From contig CAVTRC010000001.1 of the NCBI GenBank assembly GCA_963737065.1, positions 64,001-128,000 on the forward strand: a stretch of DNA of 64,000 nt, in the 5' to 3' direction. Positions 32,549 to 42,998 of this stretch are shown one piece after another (the first letter of the stretch is position 1; every line of letters starts with the position of its first letter). Both the position numbers and the translations under genes were made by a program. The notes under the pieces were generated by a model. It was not told the origin of the DNA. It was given only the letters and a program-made list of their open reading frames with translations, and did no database searches. The stretch is from Candidatus Eremiobacteria bacterium. GTDB taxonomy: Bacteria; Vulcanimicrobiota; Vulcanimicrobiia; Vulcanimicrobiales; Vulcanimicrobiaceae.

Positions 32549-32917
32549 TTACGACGCGGCGCTTTCGTTATTCATGCTAATCCAGCGTTCGGCCCAACGT
32601 CCGAGCGCATCCATCGGCTCTTGCAATTCCGCGCCGGCGCACGTGAGTTCGTAGACGACTTTGATCGGTGAGCCCGACTCCACGTTGCGCGAAATCAGCC
32701 CCTCGCTTTCGAGTTCGCGCAAGCGTTCCGTCAACAAACGATCGGAAATACCGGGGATCAACCCGAGAAGTTCGTTGAACCGGTGCGGTCCGGAGAGCAG
32801 CACGCGAATGATCGCGCCGGTCCAGCGGCGGCCGACCAACTCGACGGCGCGGTGGAAACGCGGGCATAACGCACCGTTCGTATCTGCATCGTGGTGTGAG
32901 CTTCGGCTGGTTGCCAT
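32549..32917 (-). CDS. HxlR-family transcriptional regulator
   Basis: CP...GRRW...RFNEL...GISDRLLTERLRELE...VYELT. Confidence 0.92.
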   Translation of the reverse strand: MATSRSSHHDADTNGALCPRFHRAVELVGRRWTGAIIRVLLSGPHRFNELLGLIPGISDRLLTERLRELESEGLISRNVESGSPIKVVYELTCAGAELQEPMDALGRWAERWISMNNESAAS

Positions 32918-33049
32918 CGTTCCGATACCCCCGATACGTCCTCACCATTGAGCTTACTCAAAGTCGCCTTCGACTTCAATGCGAGCCCGCATAACTGAAA
33001 TATCGGTCGTTGTTTCGACGCGCCGGGCGCTGTGCCATAGCGCGGGCCC

Positions 33050-33835
33050 TCATCGGTCGTGGTGGGCCAGCTCTGCGCGCAGCGCTTTGAGTTCGCTCAA
33101 CACGTCGGCCAACGAAGGCTCGCTGGACGTTCCTTTTTCACTGGCGTCCTGTCGCACGAAGAAGCTCGCGATTGCCGCGGTGATGTATCCGAAAATCGAG
33201 AACGCGAACACGGAAAGCAAGAAACACAAGACGCGGCCGCCCCATGTTTGCGGATAGTATGCCGAGCCCATCGTCGTCATGATCATCCCGGTCCACCACA
33301 GCGCATAGCCGTAGCTCGGGATTGCATCTTGGCCGTGCGGCTCAACCGCATATATGCCGGCTGCGCCGGCAAACGTGACGACCGTCGCGAGCAGTAAAAC
33401 GTACGCCATGCCGCGCCGGCGCATCGTCGTGCCGAGAACGCTGACCGTTCGATTGAGTCCGGTAAGCAATCGGAAGATCAGCACTTGCCAGGACGGCAGC
33501 AATGCGAGGACACGGGTCAGACGCAGAATGCTAAGCGCAGGAAGCATGAGGCTCAGCGCTACGAGCCAGTGGTGTTTGAGAAATGAAACCTTTTTAGGTG
33601 CGAGGATAAACCGGATGGCGAAATCTATGACGAAGATCGCCCAAATTGCAACCGTGAGATCGTTGCTCCACGCGCTGGATCCATAGATCAGCTGGACGAC
33701 GAGCAACGCGAGCCACGCGACGCCGAGAACGAGCATCGGGCGGTCCAGCATCCGGTCGATCTTGCGAAGAAGATGCAGTCGTTCTTTCGCGACCGTTCGG
33801 GGATGTGGGCTTGGGGAGGAAGCGCCAGTCGCCAT
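33050..33835 (-). CDS. Potassium channel / ion transporter family protein
   Basis: Multiple TMs, S4-like ILRLTR and pore helix ALWW...MTTMGS. Confidence 0.85.
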   Translation of the reverse strand: MATGASSPSPHPRTVAKERLHLLRKIDRMLDRPMLVLGVAWLALLVVQLIYGSSAWSNDLTVAIWAIFVIDFAIRFILAPKKVSFLKHHWLVALSLMLPALSILRLTRVLALLPSWQVLIFRLLTGLNRTVSVLGTTMRRRGMAYVLLLATVVTFAGAAGIYAVEPHGQDAIPSYGYALWWTGMIMTTMGSAYYPQTWGGRVLCFLLSVFAFSIFGYITAAIASFFVRQDASEKGTSSEPSLADVLSELKALRAELAHHDR

Positions 33836-33854
33836 GCATCCTTTATTCCCGCCG

Positions 33855-34337
33855 CTACGCGCGCGGCGTGGGATAGGGCAGCGGCGTTCGTCGCGGAAGC
33901 GCCGAGCCGGTCCACACGGGCCGTGGCGTCGCGACGGGAGCCGGCGTAAACACCGCGCTCGGCGCGGCGGACGGCACCGAGCCGTTGTACGGCGTCGCCG
34001 TTGTGACGACGGCAGCGTACGGCGAGCGCACGACGATCCGGCCGAACGGCTGGTATTCGACGATTTCGCCGAGCGACCGGAGTACCGCAGCGAGCGGGAC
34101 ATACGCGTGGTCGAGCGCGTCCGGTTCGCGCGACGGAATTCGGACGATCACCGAACGTCCGTCCCGTACGATGATGAGGCTGTCACCGTCAAACCACATC
34201 GCGTCGGCAATGGTCGTCACGAACGGGCGTAGCGGAGCATAAACGCGGCCGGCGCTTTCGAACGCGCCTGTGTACGAACGCACCGTTCTGCCGTCGACGA
34301 CTACGGTCACCGGCGCTGCGGGTGGGAATACAGCCAA
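33855..34337 (-). CDS. Copper amine oxidase N-terminal-like (stalk) domain protein
   Basis: GRVYAPLR and AYVPLAAVLRSLG repeats. Confidence 0.65.
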   Translation of the reverse strand: MAVFPPAAPVTVVVDGRTVRSYTGAFESAGRVYAPLRPFVTTIADAMWFDGDSLIIVRDGRSVIVRIPSREPDALDHAYVPLAAVLRSLGEIVEYQPFGRIVVRSPYAAVVTTATPYNGSVPSAAPSAVFTPAPVATPRPVWTGSALPRRTPLPYPTPRA

Positions 34338-34361
34338 GGCACAGCGATATTACCGCATCGA

Positions 34362-35225
34362 ATGGGACGAGTCATCTCCGCGCTCCGCGAAGCGGGCTTG
34401 CGGTTCTCACGCGACGGCTGCGCATTCCTAGCACAAGCAGTCGCGTTCAATGCGCTCTTTGCGCTTTTCCCGCTCGTCGTCCTCATTCTCACGGTCGCTT
34501 CCTACGTCTATCCGATGGCGCAGACGCGCGTCCTCAGCTTCTTCGATACGTTCAGTCCGACGCTCCATGAATTCGTTGCGGCGAACCTGCAATCGTACAT
34601 CTACGGTCGCGGCATCTCGAGCATCATCGCGCTCGGTGTGCTCGTGTGGTCGGGAAAGAACCTGTTCATGGGTCTTGCGTATGCGCTTGACCGCGCGCTC
34701 GGCGTGCCCAAAGGACGCCCGCTCATTCACAATATCGCGCTGTCGATCGTCATGCTTCCCGTGATGGCGTTGTTCTTGATGGTCGCAATGGCATTACCGG
34801 TTATTCTTTCGATTGCTATGTACGTCGCGGACGTTCCCGACCAGCAAAACCTCACGCATCTTGGAGCGTATCTCATCTCAATTGCGCTCGTCTTTACGGC
34901 AACGATGATTCTCTACCGGTTTTTGCCGAATCGCAGCGGGATGACGTGGGCGTTTTCCTTGCCGGGCGCAACGGTGGTTGCGGTGCTGTGGCCCGCCGTG
35001 CAGTTTGCGTTTTCGGAGTACACGATCCACGTGAACTTCACCGGGATCTACGGCGCGCTCTCGGTTCCGCTCGTGTTATTGCTGTGGTTTTACGTTATCG
35101 GCTCGACGTTTTTCTTCGGCGCCGAATTTTCAGCAGCGTGGCACGCGCATTCCGGCAAAGCCCGGATACCATTGGTCGTCGATCCGATCGAACCGATACG
35201 CGATACGACGACCACGACTGCCTAG
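34362..35225 (+). CDS. YihY/virulence factor BrkB family membrane protein
   Basis: AVAFNALFALFP, LYRFLP, IYGAL, GAE. Confidence 0.9.
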   Translation: MGRVISALREAGLRFSRDGCAFLAQAVAFNALFALFPLVVLILTVASYVYPMAQTRVLSFFDTFSPTLHEFVAANLQSYIYGRGISSIIALGVLVWSGKNLFMGLAYALDRALGVPKGRPLIHNIALSIVMLPVMALFLMVAMALPVILSIAMYVADVPDQQNLTHLGAYLISIALVFTATMILYRFLPNRSGMTWAFSLPGATVVAVLWPAVQFAFSEYTIHVNFTGIYGALSVPLVLLLWFYVIGSTFFFGAEFSAAWHAHSGKARIPLVVDPIEPIRDTTTTTA

Positions 35226-35926
35226 TGGCCCAACTCATCTTCATTCACGGCGCGGGATGCATGCCGTCGGTCTTCTCGCAGCAACTTGCCGCGTTTCCGG
35301 ACGCGATCGCGCCGCCGTTACCCGGTCACGGCGTGCCGGGCGAACCATCATCGATCGGGGAATTCGCGGACGCAATCGCGCTGATGCTCGAATGCAACGG
35401 TGTGCACGACGCCGTGCTCGCAGGGAGTTCCATGGGAGGCGCGATTGCGCTCGATCTCGCGCTGCGCCGCAATCCGCGCGTGCGCGCAGTCGTCCTGCTG
35501 GGTTCGTCGGCAAAGTTGCGTGTTGCGCCGGCCATTTTTGATGCGATCGATCGCGACTTTGCGCAAGCGGCGCATATGCTGGCACGCTACTTTTATGCGC
35601 GGCCGACCGAGGAGCTGCTCGAACGATCCGTTGCACAGATTCTCGCGGTCGGCGCGGCGCAGACGCGGCGCGATTTCGAAGCATGCAACCGGTTTGACGT
35701 GCTCGACCGCCTCGGTGATGTCAACCTGCCTCTACTGGTGCTCAGCGGCGAGAACGACGCGATGGTGCCGCCGAAGTTTGCACTTTCAGTCGCTGACCGG
35801 GTGCCGGGTGCGCAATCGCGAATATTTGCCGGAACGGGACACTTGCTCTTCATCGAGCGGCCCGACGATACGAACGAAGCGCTTCGCACGTTCGTTAGCA
35901 GTATTGACTCGTCGTCCACGAAGTAA
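35225..35926 (+). CDS. Alpha/beta hydrolase
   Basis: FIHGAG, PGHG, GSSMGG, GENDAMVP, GH. Confidence 0.9.
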   Translation: MAQLIFIHGAGCMPSVFSQQLAAFPDAIAPPLPGHGVPGEPSSIGEFADAIALMLECNGVHDAVLAGSSMGGAIALDLALRRNPRVRAVVLLGSSAKLRVAPAIFDAIDRDFAQAAHMLARYFYARPTEELLERSVAQILAVGAAQTRRDFEACNRFDVLDRLGDVNLPLLVLSGENDAMVPPKFALSVADRVPGAQSRIFAGTGHLLFIERPDDTNEALRTFVSSIDSSSTK

Positions 35927-35935
35927 AGGAGTGCC

Positions 35936-36976
35936 GTGCGCCGCACCTTCGGTATCGTTTTGTTGTGCTCGAGCCTAGCGCTGATAGCGGCTGCGCCGCC
36001 GTCACCACAGCCCGTGCCGCTGCCGAAGCCGTCGCCAAGCGTTGCGCCCCTCTCGCCGTCCACGCCGGCAGCAGCCACACCGACGGTCGTGGTGTACCCG
36101 TTCCAGACGCCCTCAGACGTCGACGTGCGCACCGGCCAGGCGATCGCGCAAATCTATTCGCAGGTCATGGCGCAGGCCGGCGGCTTGAACGTGCTGCCGA
36201 TTCCGCAAAAGATCAAGCAAGAAGACTGGGCCAAGTACGCGCATTCGCAACGCGCCGACTACTACGTCAGCGGGTACGTGCAGCCGATCGGTAGCGGGGC
36301 GGCGATTGTTGCACGCGTCGTCGACTCCAACACGGACATCGCCGTCTATTCGGCTACAACGCAAATTCAAAGCGTCCCCGATATCGCGTCACAAGCGCTC
36401 ACCGCGCGCACGGTTGTGCTTCAAGCCGCGGGCGTGGATCGGCCCGACGTGGTTCGCGAAGGAAAATCAACGCCGGCGCCCGCAGCATCCGGACAAGGCG
36501 CATCGTACAACGTCACCAGCGTGTTGAGCCAGCTCGGCAGCGTCTTCAAGCACGGCGCGAAGAGTGTAGCGGCAGCCCCAACGCCTGCACCGGTTGCGAA
36601 GCCGCCGATGGCCGTCATCGTCGCGCGCCTAAGCGGTGATGCACCGTCAAGTGACATCAGCGTCGCGACGGATGACTTGTTTCGCGCGATGAATGCGTTC
36701 TATAAGACCTCGATGACGCACGCAACATCATCGAATTTTCCGAAGCAAGCCGACTCGATCTGCGGCGCGAATCGCCAAAACACGATTGCATCCGGCGTGT
36801 TGAACGCCTCACACGTCGGCGGACTCCATCCCCACGATTCGTACACGTTCACGCTGAACGTCTACACCTGCTTCGGCGCCGTTCTCTACACCAACACCCA
36901 AACGGACGACGATAAGCGCAAAGCCGTGCAAGACGCCGTGGCCGCCTATGTAAAGGATCACCCGCAGAACACGTAG
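35936..36976 (+). CDS. Hypothetical secreted protein
   Basis: Signal peptide, Pro-rich linker, AAGGAG RBS. Confidence 0.75.
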   Translation: MRRTFGIVLLCSSLALIAAAPPSPQPVPLPKPSPSVAPLSPSTPAAATPTVVVYPFQTPSDVDVRTGQAIAQIYSQVMAQAGGLNVLPIPQKIKQEDWAKYAHSQRADYYVSGYVQPIGSGAAIVARVVDSNTDIAVYSATTQIQSVPDIASQALTARTVVLQAAGVDRPDVVREGKSTPAPAASGQGASYNVTSVLSQLGSVFKHGAKSVAAAPTPAPVAKPPMAVIVARLSGDAPSSDISVATDDLFRAMNAFYKTSMTHATSSNFPKQADSICGANRQNTIASGVLNASHVGGLHPHDSYTFTLNVYTCFGAVLYTNTQTDDDKRKAVQDAVAAYVKDHPQNT

Positions 36977-36980
36977 GTCG

Positions 36981-39536
36981 ATGGAGCGCGATCCTTACGG
37001 CCCGTTCGTCGGAAGACGTGAAGAACTAGCGTCGCTCGAGCGCGCGCGTCGCGATTCACATCGGTACGGTCAATGTGTGATCGTCGCGGGTGAGCCGGGC
37101 ATCGGCAAGTCCCGCTTGGTCAAACAGTTTCTCGCCAAAATTCCCGGTTCGCGTGCGGTTATCGGCGTTGGCCGCGCGATCGATCACGTGCGTTCGCCGT
37201 TCACTCCATGGATCGCGGCATTCGACGCCATATCAGCACCGGCCGCGCACGCAATGCGGACGGGTGAGGCGTCGCGCGGCAAGGATGCGCTGCACGCGGC
37301 GGTCATCGAATCACTGCGCTCGAGCGCGCAGACGCGCTCGACGATCGTTGTCTTGGAAGACGTCCATTGGGCCGATGCGGCTTCGATCGAGCTGCTGCAT
37401 GCGCTTCTCGCGCACGTTCAACGGATACGGCGACTGCAGATCATCGTAACGGTTCGGCCGTCCGAAGCGACCGATGCGGTCCGGCAACTGTTTACCAACG
37501 CGGCCGCGCGCATCTTGGATTTGCGTCCGCTCGAGCAACGCGAAACGCTTGTATTGGTTCGGATGCTGTTGCCCGCCGCGCAAGCGCAGTCGGTGCGCGC
37601 GCGGCGTATCGCGACGCTCGCGGGCGGTAATCCGTTCTTCGCAATCGAGCTTGCGAAGAACCGCGAGTCGAGCGAGATCCCGCTGACGCTCAGCACGGCG
37701 ATCGACGCTCGGATCGCGCAATTGGACGCGCCCGAGATCAGCGTTCTCGAGTCTGCCGCGATCGTGGGCGAGGAATTCGATCTTGAACTCGTCGCCGACA
37801 TCATCGAATCGACGCCTGCGATGGTGGCTAGACAGCTCGAACGGGCGCAGCGTAACGGAATCGTCACCGACGAAGCGGGCCGTTCGTTCCGGTTCGCGCA
37901 CGCGCTTACGCGAAGCGTTCTTGCCGCGCGGTTGACGTCCGCACAGCGGATCGCGTTACACGAACGAGCCGCTCGAGCGCTGGAACGGCGCGAGCGTTTC
38001 GATGCGCTCGGCTTCGCGCAGCTCGCATATCATTACGACGGCGCGCACGACCGCGTGAAGGCATACGGCTATCGAATGCGCGCCGGCGCTCTCGCTTATG
38101 CCGTTCACTCGCATATCGACGCGGCACGTTTCTATACCGACGCTGCCGAAAGCGCCGAGCCGGGGTCGCTCGAGCGCGCGCGCGCACTTGCGCGTGCGGG
38201 CGATGCGCTACATCGTGCGCCGTTGTTGCACGACGCCGACCAGGCGTATATCGAGGCGATCGGCATTTACCGGGCCGCCGGTGCCGTGGAAGATGCCGCA
38301 CGATTGTATCAAAGCCTCGGGCGCAGCCTGTTCAATCAAGACCGTTTTCGCGAGGCGCTCGCGCTAATGGAGCATGCGATCGGGGAACTCGACCCGCTGC
38401 CGGTCGATGTAGCGGACGAACTCGTCTTGGAGCTTGCAATGCAGGCCGCCGAAGTAGACGCCCAGTTGGCCAGACAATGGCTCGCGCGCGTCGACGAGCG
38501 ACGGGTACACGGAACGCACACCGGCGGATTGTACTTTGCGTTGTGCGCCGCCGTCGCAGCGACGCAAGGCGCCCTCGAAGATTTCCAGCATAACGTCAAA
38601 GCATTTCAAGACAACGTCGCGACGGTACATCCGAATGCGACGTATACGGCGCACTTCGGCAACCTTGCGGCGAACGCAATGTTTCTCGGGTTGCCGGCGA
38701 TGCCGTTGTACGAGCAGTGCTTCGCGATTGCGCGCGTTCATAAGTTGGACGTGTACGAAGCGGCGTATGCTTCGCACGCCGCGTTCGAACGTTGGCTGCA
38801 TGGCGATGATGCCGCATTTGCGCGGTTCGCCGATTTTGCAACCGGCCACGACGCTCCGATTCCGGCGCTCCACGCCTACGTGCTGCTCGCAACGTTGCTT
38901 CGTGACGGGCCCGTTCCGGACATCAACGACGTCGAACGTTTGATCGCAGTCGGTCATACCGAGTTTTTCGGCCCGCTCGCCGGAACATTCGCTCGTAAAC
39001 TGCACCGTTCGGGAGATTCGCGCGCGGCCGTTAGAATACTCGATGCTGCGGCAGAGCGTCTCACGTGGCCTTACGCCGCTTGGGAAACGCTCACGGCAAT
39101 GGCGGAATTCGGCAGCTCCGCCGCGCGGACGAAAGCCGAAGCGTTGACCGAGTCGCATTACGACGCGCACGCGCCGGCCTTTGCCGCAACGGCCGCAATG
39201 GTCCGCGCGCTCGCAGCGGAGCGCGACAACGATCTCGCGACGCGCGACGTCGCGGCGGCGCGCGCAGCGGGGCTCTATGCAACGATGGGTTGGGTCCGCC
39301 ACGAGCATCGCGCTCGCGAATTCGGTAAGCCGCCGGTCCGCGAAGAACGGTTTTCCAAGCGCGAATTGCAGATCGCGCAGCTATTGCAGCAAGGAAAAAG
39401 CAATCGCGCGATGGCGGCGGACTTGTTCATCAGTGAGAAGACGGTCGAAAAGCATCTGGCGCGGCTTTATGAAAAACTCCAGGTGAATAATCGCGCCGCT
39501 GCCGTGCGCGCGCTCTCCCAGCTCGAAGCAAAGTAG
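36981..39536 (+). CDS. LuxR-family large ATP-binding regulator (AAA ATPase-TPR-HTH)
   Basis: FVGREEEL, GEPGIGKS, LEDVHWAD, GGNPFF and a C-terminal LuxR HTH (SEKTVEKH). Confidence 0.92.
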   Translation: MERDPYGPFVGRREELASLERARRDSHRYGQCVIVAGEPGIGKSRLVKQFLAKIPGSRAVIGVGRAIDHVRSPFTPWIAAFDAISAPAAHAMRTGEASRGKDALHAAVIESLRSSAQTRSTIVVLEDVHWADAASIELLHALLAHVQRIRRLQIIVTVRPSEATDAVRQLFTNAAARILDLRPLEQRETLVLVRMLLPAAQAQSVRARRIATLAGGNPFFAIELAKNRESSEIPLTLSTAIDARIAQLDAPEISVLESAAIVGEEFDLELVADIIESTPAMVARQLERAQRNGIVTDEAGRSFRFAHALTRSVLAARLTSAQRIALHERAARALERRERFDALGFAQLAYHYDGAHDRVKAYGYRMRAGALAYAVHSHIDAARFYTDAAESAEPGSLERARALARAGDALHRAPLLHDADQAYIEAIGIYRAAGAVEDAARLYQSLGRSLFNQDRFREALALMEHAIGELDPLPVDVADELVLELAMQAAEVDAQLARQWLARVDERRVHGTHTGGLYFALCAAVAATQGALEDFQHNVKAFQDNVATVHPNATYTAHFGNLAANAMFLGLPAMPLYEQCFAIARVHKLDVYEAAYASHAAFERWLHGDDAAFARFADFATGHDAPIPALHAYVLLATLLRDGPVPDINDVERLIAVGHTEFFGPLAGTFARKLHRSGDSRAAVRILDAAAERLTWPYAAWETLTAMAEFGSSAARTKAEALTESHYDAHAPAFAATAAMVRALAAERDNDLATRDVAAARAAGLYATMGWVRHEHRAREFGKPPVREERFSKRELQIAQLLQQGKSNRAMAADLFISEKTVEKHLARLYEKLQVNNRAAAVRALSQLEAK

Positions 39537-39549
39537 GGATTCTCCCCAT
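39532..39549 (+). promoter_or_regulatory. Putative operator motif AGTAGGGATTCWCCCCAT, copy 1
   Basis: 17/18 identical to 40021-40038. Imperfect palindrome upstream of the next gene. Confidence 0.5.
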
Positions 39550-39584
39550 ACGCTCCCGGTTGCGTAGGGCGTAGGCTTTGCGTC

Positions 39585-40025
39585 ATGACGGGTTTGGATT
39601 TGCGACGACACGCGCCGCGCAGCCCATACGAGCGGCTTGACGGACTCGTATTCATGCCTCGCACGATCGATAAGATCCGTGCGACCCTACCGGGCGGCGA
39701 TCTCGGGCCGTATCTCATCACGCCGGGTCTGAGCAACATATTGCTCGCGATGATCGGCATTCCGCTCAACGCATTACGCGCTGTGGTGATCGTTGCGATG
39801 CATGACGATCAGATCGCTGCGTGGCTTCGTCACCACACGGACACCGCGCAGTACGAGCCCGTAAACCGCGTGCTGGCGTCGCGTCGCAATGCTGATGTCC
39901 CCACGGGCGAGCGCGATCACTTCGAATCGCTCTATCCGCAGTATCTGCGCGCGCAATACCCGGTGCTTTTCGATTTGCTCGTTGCCGACGATCGGGAGCT
40001 CTACCCGGCGCTGCAGCACGAGTAG
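39585..40025 (+). CDS. DUF5069-like protein
   Basis: DLRRHAPRSP...LDGLVFMPRTIDKIRA...G.LG.Y. Confidence 0.8.
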   Translation: MTGLDLRRHAPRSPYERLDGLVFMPRTIDKIRATLPGGDLGPYLITPGLSNILLAMIGIPLNALRAVVIVAMHDDQIAAWLRHHTDTAQYEPVNRVLASRRNADVPTGERDHFESLYPQYLRAQYPVLFDLLVADDRELYPALQHE

Positions 40026-40038
40026 GGATTCACCCCAT
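40021..40038 (+). promoter_or_regulatory. Putative operator motif, copy 2
   Basis: AGTAGGGATTCACCCCAT upstream of the cupredoxin gene. Confidence 0.5.
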
Positions 40039-40104
40039 CCCCGCCGCGATCGGAGTCCGCTACATTTCGTCTATCAAGAGCCCAGCTATTACATCCGAGG
40101 TGCA

Positions 40105-41076
40105 ATGATGTTCGATCGTACTCTCTTGCTTGCCGCCGCTTGCACATCTCTTTTTCTTGCCGCGTGCAGCGGCGGAACGGTGAGCGCGCCGCCGGCGCAA
40201 CCTTCGCACACTCCGCAACTCCATGCGTGGAGAACGCAAGCCGGCGCATCAGCCAACGAAGAAGCCTATCAAGGCTTGCAATTCTATCCGAATGCGCTGA
40301 CGGTCGATGCCGGCGATACCGTCATCTGGTCGTTTCCGGCGGGCGAGCCGCACACGGTGACGTTGCTCGGCCCGCGTTCCTCTCCGCCACCGCCGAACGA
40401 TCCAAGTGTTCAGCAACCTGCGGGCGGCGTCACGTACGACGGGAGCACGTACACCAGTTCCGGCTTTCTTGCAGCCGGGCAAACGTACTCACTGACGTTT
40501 ACGAAACCCGGCGTGTACACGGTGTACTGTCTGATTCACGGCGGGATGATGCAAACGATTACCGTGCAGCCAGCCGGTACCGCGTATCCGCAAACACAAG
40601 CGGATGTAGATTCAAAAGGCAGCTCGATGATTCAAAGCGACATGCGAATCGCCGCGAACGCCGTGACGGAATTTCCATACGGTCCAGGCGGAACGCACGT
40701 GGCGGCCGGAATTTCAGCGGGACTAGCAAACGCGAATCCGCCATCATCAGCGAGCGTCGTGCGATTCGTCGACGGCAAATCGTTGGAGCCGACAACGACC
40801 GTACCGGTCGGGGGGACGATTACGTGGACGAATCTGTCGAGCAACTTGCCGCACACGGTGACGTTCCCGGTGGCGGGACAAAATGCGCCCGCAATGCCGC
40901 CGTTCTCGCCGCCTGCCGGTCCGACGTCGTACGACGGTACGCAGCTGGTGAATTCGGGGGTGATGATGCCCGGGCAATCGTTTAGCCTCACGTTCACGAA
41001 AGCCGGAACGTACACGTACTATTGCCTCTTCCACGACGATCTCGAAAAGATGATCGGCACGGTCGTGGTGCAGTAA
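40105..41076 (+). CDS. Two-domain plastocyanin/cupredoxin-like lipoprotein
   Basis: Lipobox LAAC. Two PHTVT...YCxxH...M type-1 copper motif sets. Confidence 0.88.
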   Translation: MMFDRTLLLAAACTSLFLAACSGGTVSAPPAQPSHTPQLHAWRTQAGASANEEAYQGLQFYPNALTVDAGDTVIWSFPAGEPHTVTLLGPRSSPPPPNDPSVQQPAGGVTYDGSTYTSSGFLAAGQTYSLTFTKPGVYTVYCLIHGGMMQTITVQPAGTAYPQTQADVDSKGSSMIQSDMRIAANAVTEFPYGPGGTHVAAGISAGLANANPPSSASVVRFVDGKSLEPTTTVPVGGTITWTNLSSNLPHTVTFPVAGQNAPAMPPFSPPAGPTSYDGTQLVNSGVMMPGQSFSLTFTKAGTYTYYCLFHDDLEKMIGTVVVQ

Positions 41077-41229
41077 ACCGCGCTTCGATCTCATCCCGAG
41101 CGAACCGTGGCCGAGCGGGCTACACGCTCGGGATGAAAGCCGGACGTGCAATAATTTTCTCTTCGCGGGGCATACAAGGTACTCGAGGGTGTCTACGTAG
41201 TGCGGTCGGCCGCCGGAGGAGCAAGCACG

Positions 41230-41832
41230 ATGAGATTACGAGCAGCCCTATTGACGTTTGCATGTACAGCCGCGATGCTCGCACCGGCGCTGTCGGTCGG
41301 TCAAGTGGAAACGATGACGGTCGTCTCTCCCGCGAATTACACGAAGCACAGTTACCGTGGAAAGCCCGACCTCGGTTTGACGCTCGCGGTCATTGAAGCG
41401 GGCGGCGGCCCGGAGCACTTCGATAGCGTACGCCTATTTCGGGTTCTGGGAGGAGCGAACGCGCGTAGCGAGGCGGCGAAATTGCAGCACGAGTACGGCA
41501 AAGCAAGAATGGCGGCGTTCGAGCAAACGTTCACGTTCGCGATGCGCGACACGGTGAAGGTGTTCTCGCTCAACCACATAGCGCTACCCTCGCAGCCGAG
41601 CGTTTCTCCACATGACGGTCGGGCCATGGCAGTTGACGTCTATCGGGACGGGGTCATGCCGACGGGCAAATTCGACTGCGGCTACATGATGGAACATATG
41701 ATGACGCATCCCGTCCACATGATCCTTATGCACGATATCAATGATGCGCGCGATCAAGGTCCGTCGCACAATGCGAATTTTCACATCATCTTGACGCGGC
41801 TGATTGCCGATCTCCACCGCACGTACGCGTAG
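41230..41832 (+). CDS. Hypothetical secreted protein, His/Met-rich C-terminus
   Basis: GGAGG RBS and signal peptide. Confidence 0.7.
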   Translation: MRLRAALLTFACTAAMLAPALSVGQVETMTVVSPANYTKHSYRGKPDLGLTLAVIEAGGGPEHFDSVRLFRVLGGANARSEAAKLQHEYGKARMAAFEQTFTFAMRDTVKVFSLNHIALPSQPSVSPHDGRAMAVDVYRDGVMPTGKFDCGYMMEHMMTHPVHMILMHDINDARDQGPSHNANFHIILTRLIADLHRTYA

Positions 41833-41867
41833 GTAGCTTACCGCGCAGCCGCCTCGCAGTCGTCGAA

Positions 41868-42998
41868 CTACCGCAGGTCGCGAAGCGCGCTCTGTACGAT
41901 CGCGAGGATCGGCAACGTTTGCGAACGGTTATCGCGATCGAGGCGATTGACACTGATCACGAACGACGCATCGTTTTTCTTTACGTAATACATATCCGTA
42001 CTGAACCCATTGATCGTCCCGGAATGTCCGCAAAATCCCGAACCGACGGCGACGCCTTCACCGTACTCCGTTTGTGTTCCGGCGAGCCGCTGACCGCGCA
42101 GTTGTTCCGCATGCGTCTGCGGCTTCAAGAGGCCGCCCGCGCAAAGGGCGCGGGAGAACGTAAGCAGGTCCGCAACGTTCGACACAACGGCTCCGGCCGC
42201 GCCGGCCAGCGGTGGATTGAAGAGCGTCTTGTCGACATAGCGTTTCGTTCTCGGATCCCAACCGTAGCCACGTAGTGGGCCCGGAATGGACGTCCCGCTC
42301 GGATACGACGTGTGCCGTAAGTGCAGTGGCCGAATGACGGTCTCGTTGATGAGCTCGCCGATATCCCTTCCCGTCGTTTCGCGTACGATTCCGGCAAGAA
42401 TGTCGTAGTTGAAGTCCGTATAGGCGCCCGACGTGTTCGGCGGCATGAAGTGCGGTGCGAGTTTTGCATACGAAGCGAGCTCTGCTGCGAGGTCCGGCGC
42501 GGGTGCGAGCGGCGCGTCATACACGCGCGCTAACACTTCATCGTCGTTCGGAGCCGGTATGCCGCTGCGCATTCGCAGGAGATCGTCGATCCTGATGCGG
42601 TTCGCATGCGGGAAAGCCGGATACCATCTCGCGACCGTTTCGTTTTTTCGTAGAACGCCGCGATCCACCAACGTTAGAATCGCGGTTGCGGCGAAGGCCT
42701 TTGTGATGCTCGCCACGCGAAACGGTTGGTCGAGCGTGCGCGGTATTCGCGCGGCGAGGTTTGCATAACCTTCCACAAACGTGAACCGCCCGCGCTTCGG
42801 CACGGAAATGCTCACCGTTACACTCGGAAGATCGTTTTTCTCGGCCACAGCCGCGATCGCGGCGGTCAGGCGTGCCGCTTCTTTGGGAGCAAACAAGCTG
42901 TTCGACGTCTCGACGCCGGCGCGTTGTGTACCGCCGGTCAATATGACGGCGCCGGCGCACATGAAAACCAGCACCCATTTTTGGCAGCCGTTTCTCAC
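41868..42998 (-). CDS. Serine hydrolase (beta-lactamase/D-alanyl-D-alanine carboxypeptidase family)
   Basis: SxxK (ASITK), LLRMRSG, YTD, HSG. Start approximate. Confidence 0.88.
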   Translation of the reverse strand: MRNGCQKWVLVFMCAGAVILTGGTQRAGVETSNSLFAPKEAARLTAAIAAVAEKNDLPSVTVSISVPKRGRFTFVEGYANLAARIPRTLDQPFRVASITKAFAATAILTLVDRGVLRKNETVARWYPAFPHANRIRIDDLLRMRSGIPAPNDDEVLARVYDAPLAPAPDLAAELASYAKLAPHFMPPNTSGAYTDFNYDILAGIVRETTGRDIGELINETVIRPLHLRHTSYPSGTSIPGPLRGYGWDPRTKRYVDKTLFNPPLAGAAGAVVSNVADLLTFSRALCAGGLLKPQTHAEQLRGQRLAGTQTEYGEGVAVGSGFCGHSGTINGFSTDMYYVKKNDASFVISVNRLDRDNRSQTLPILAIVQSALRDLR

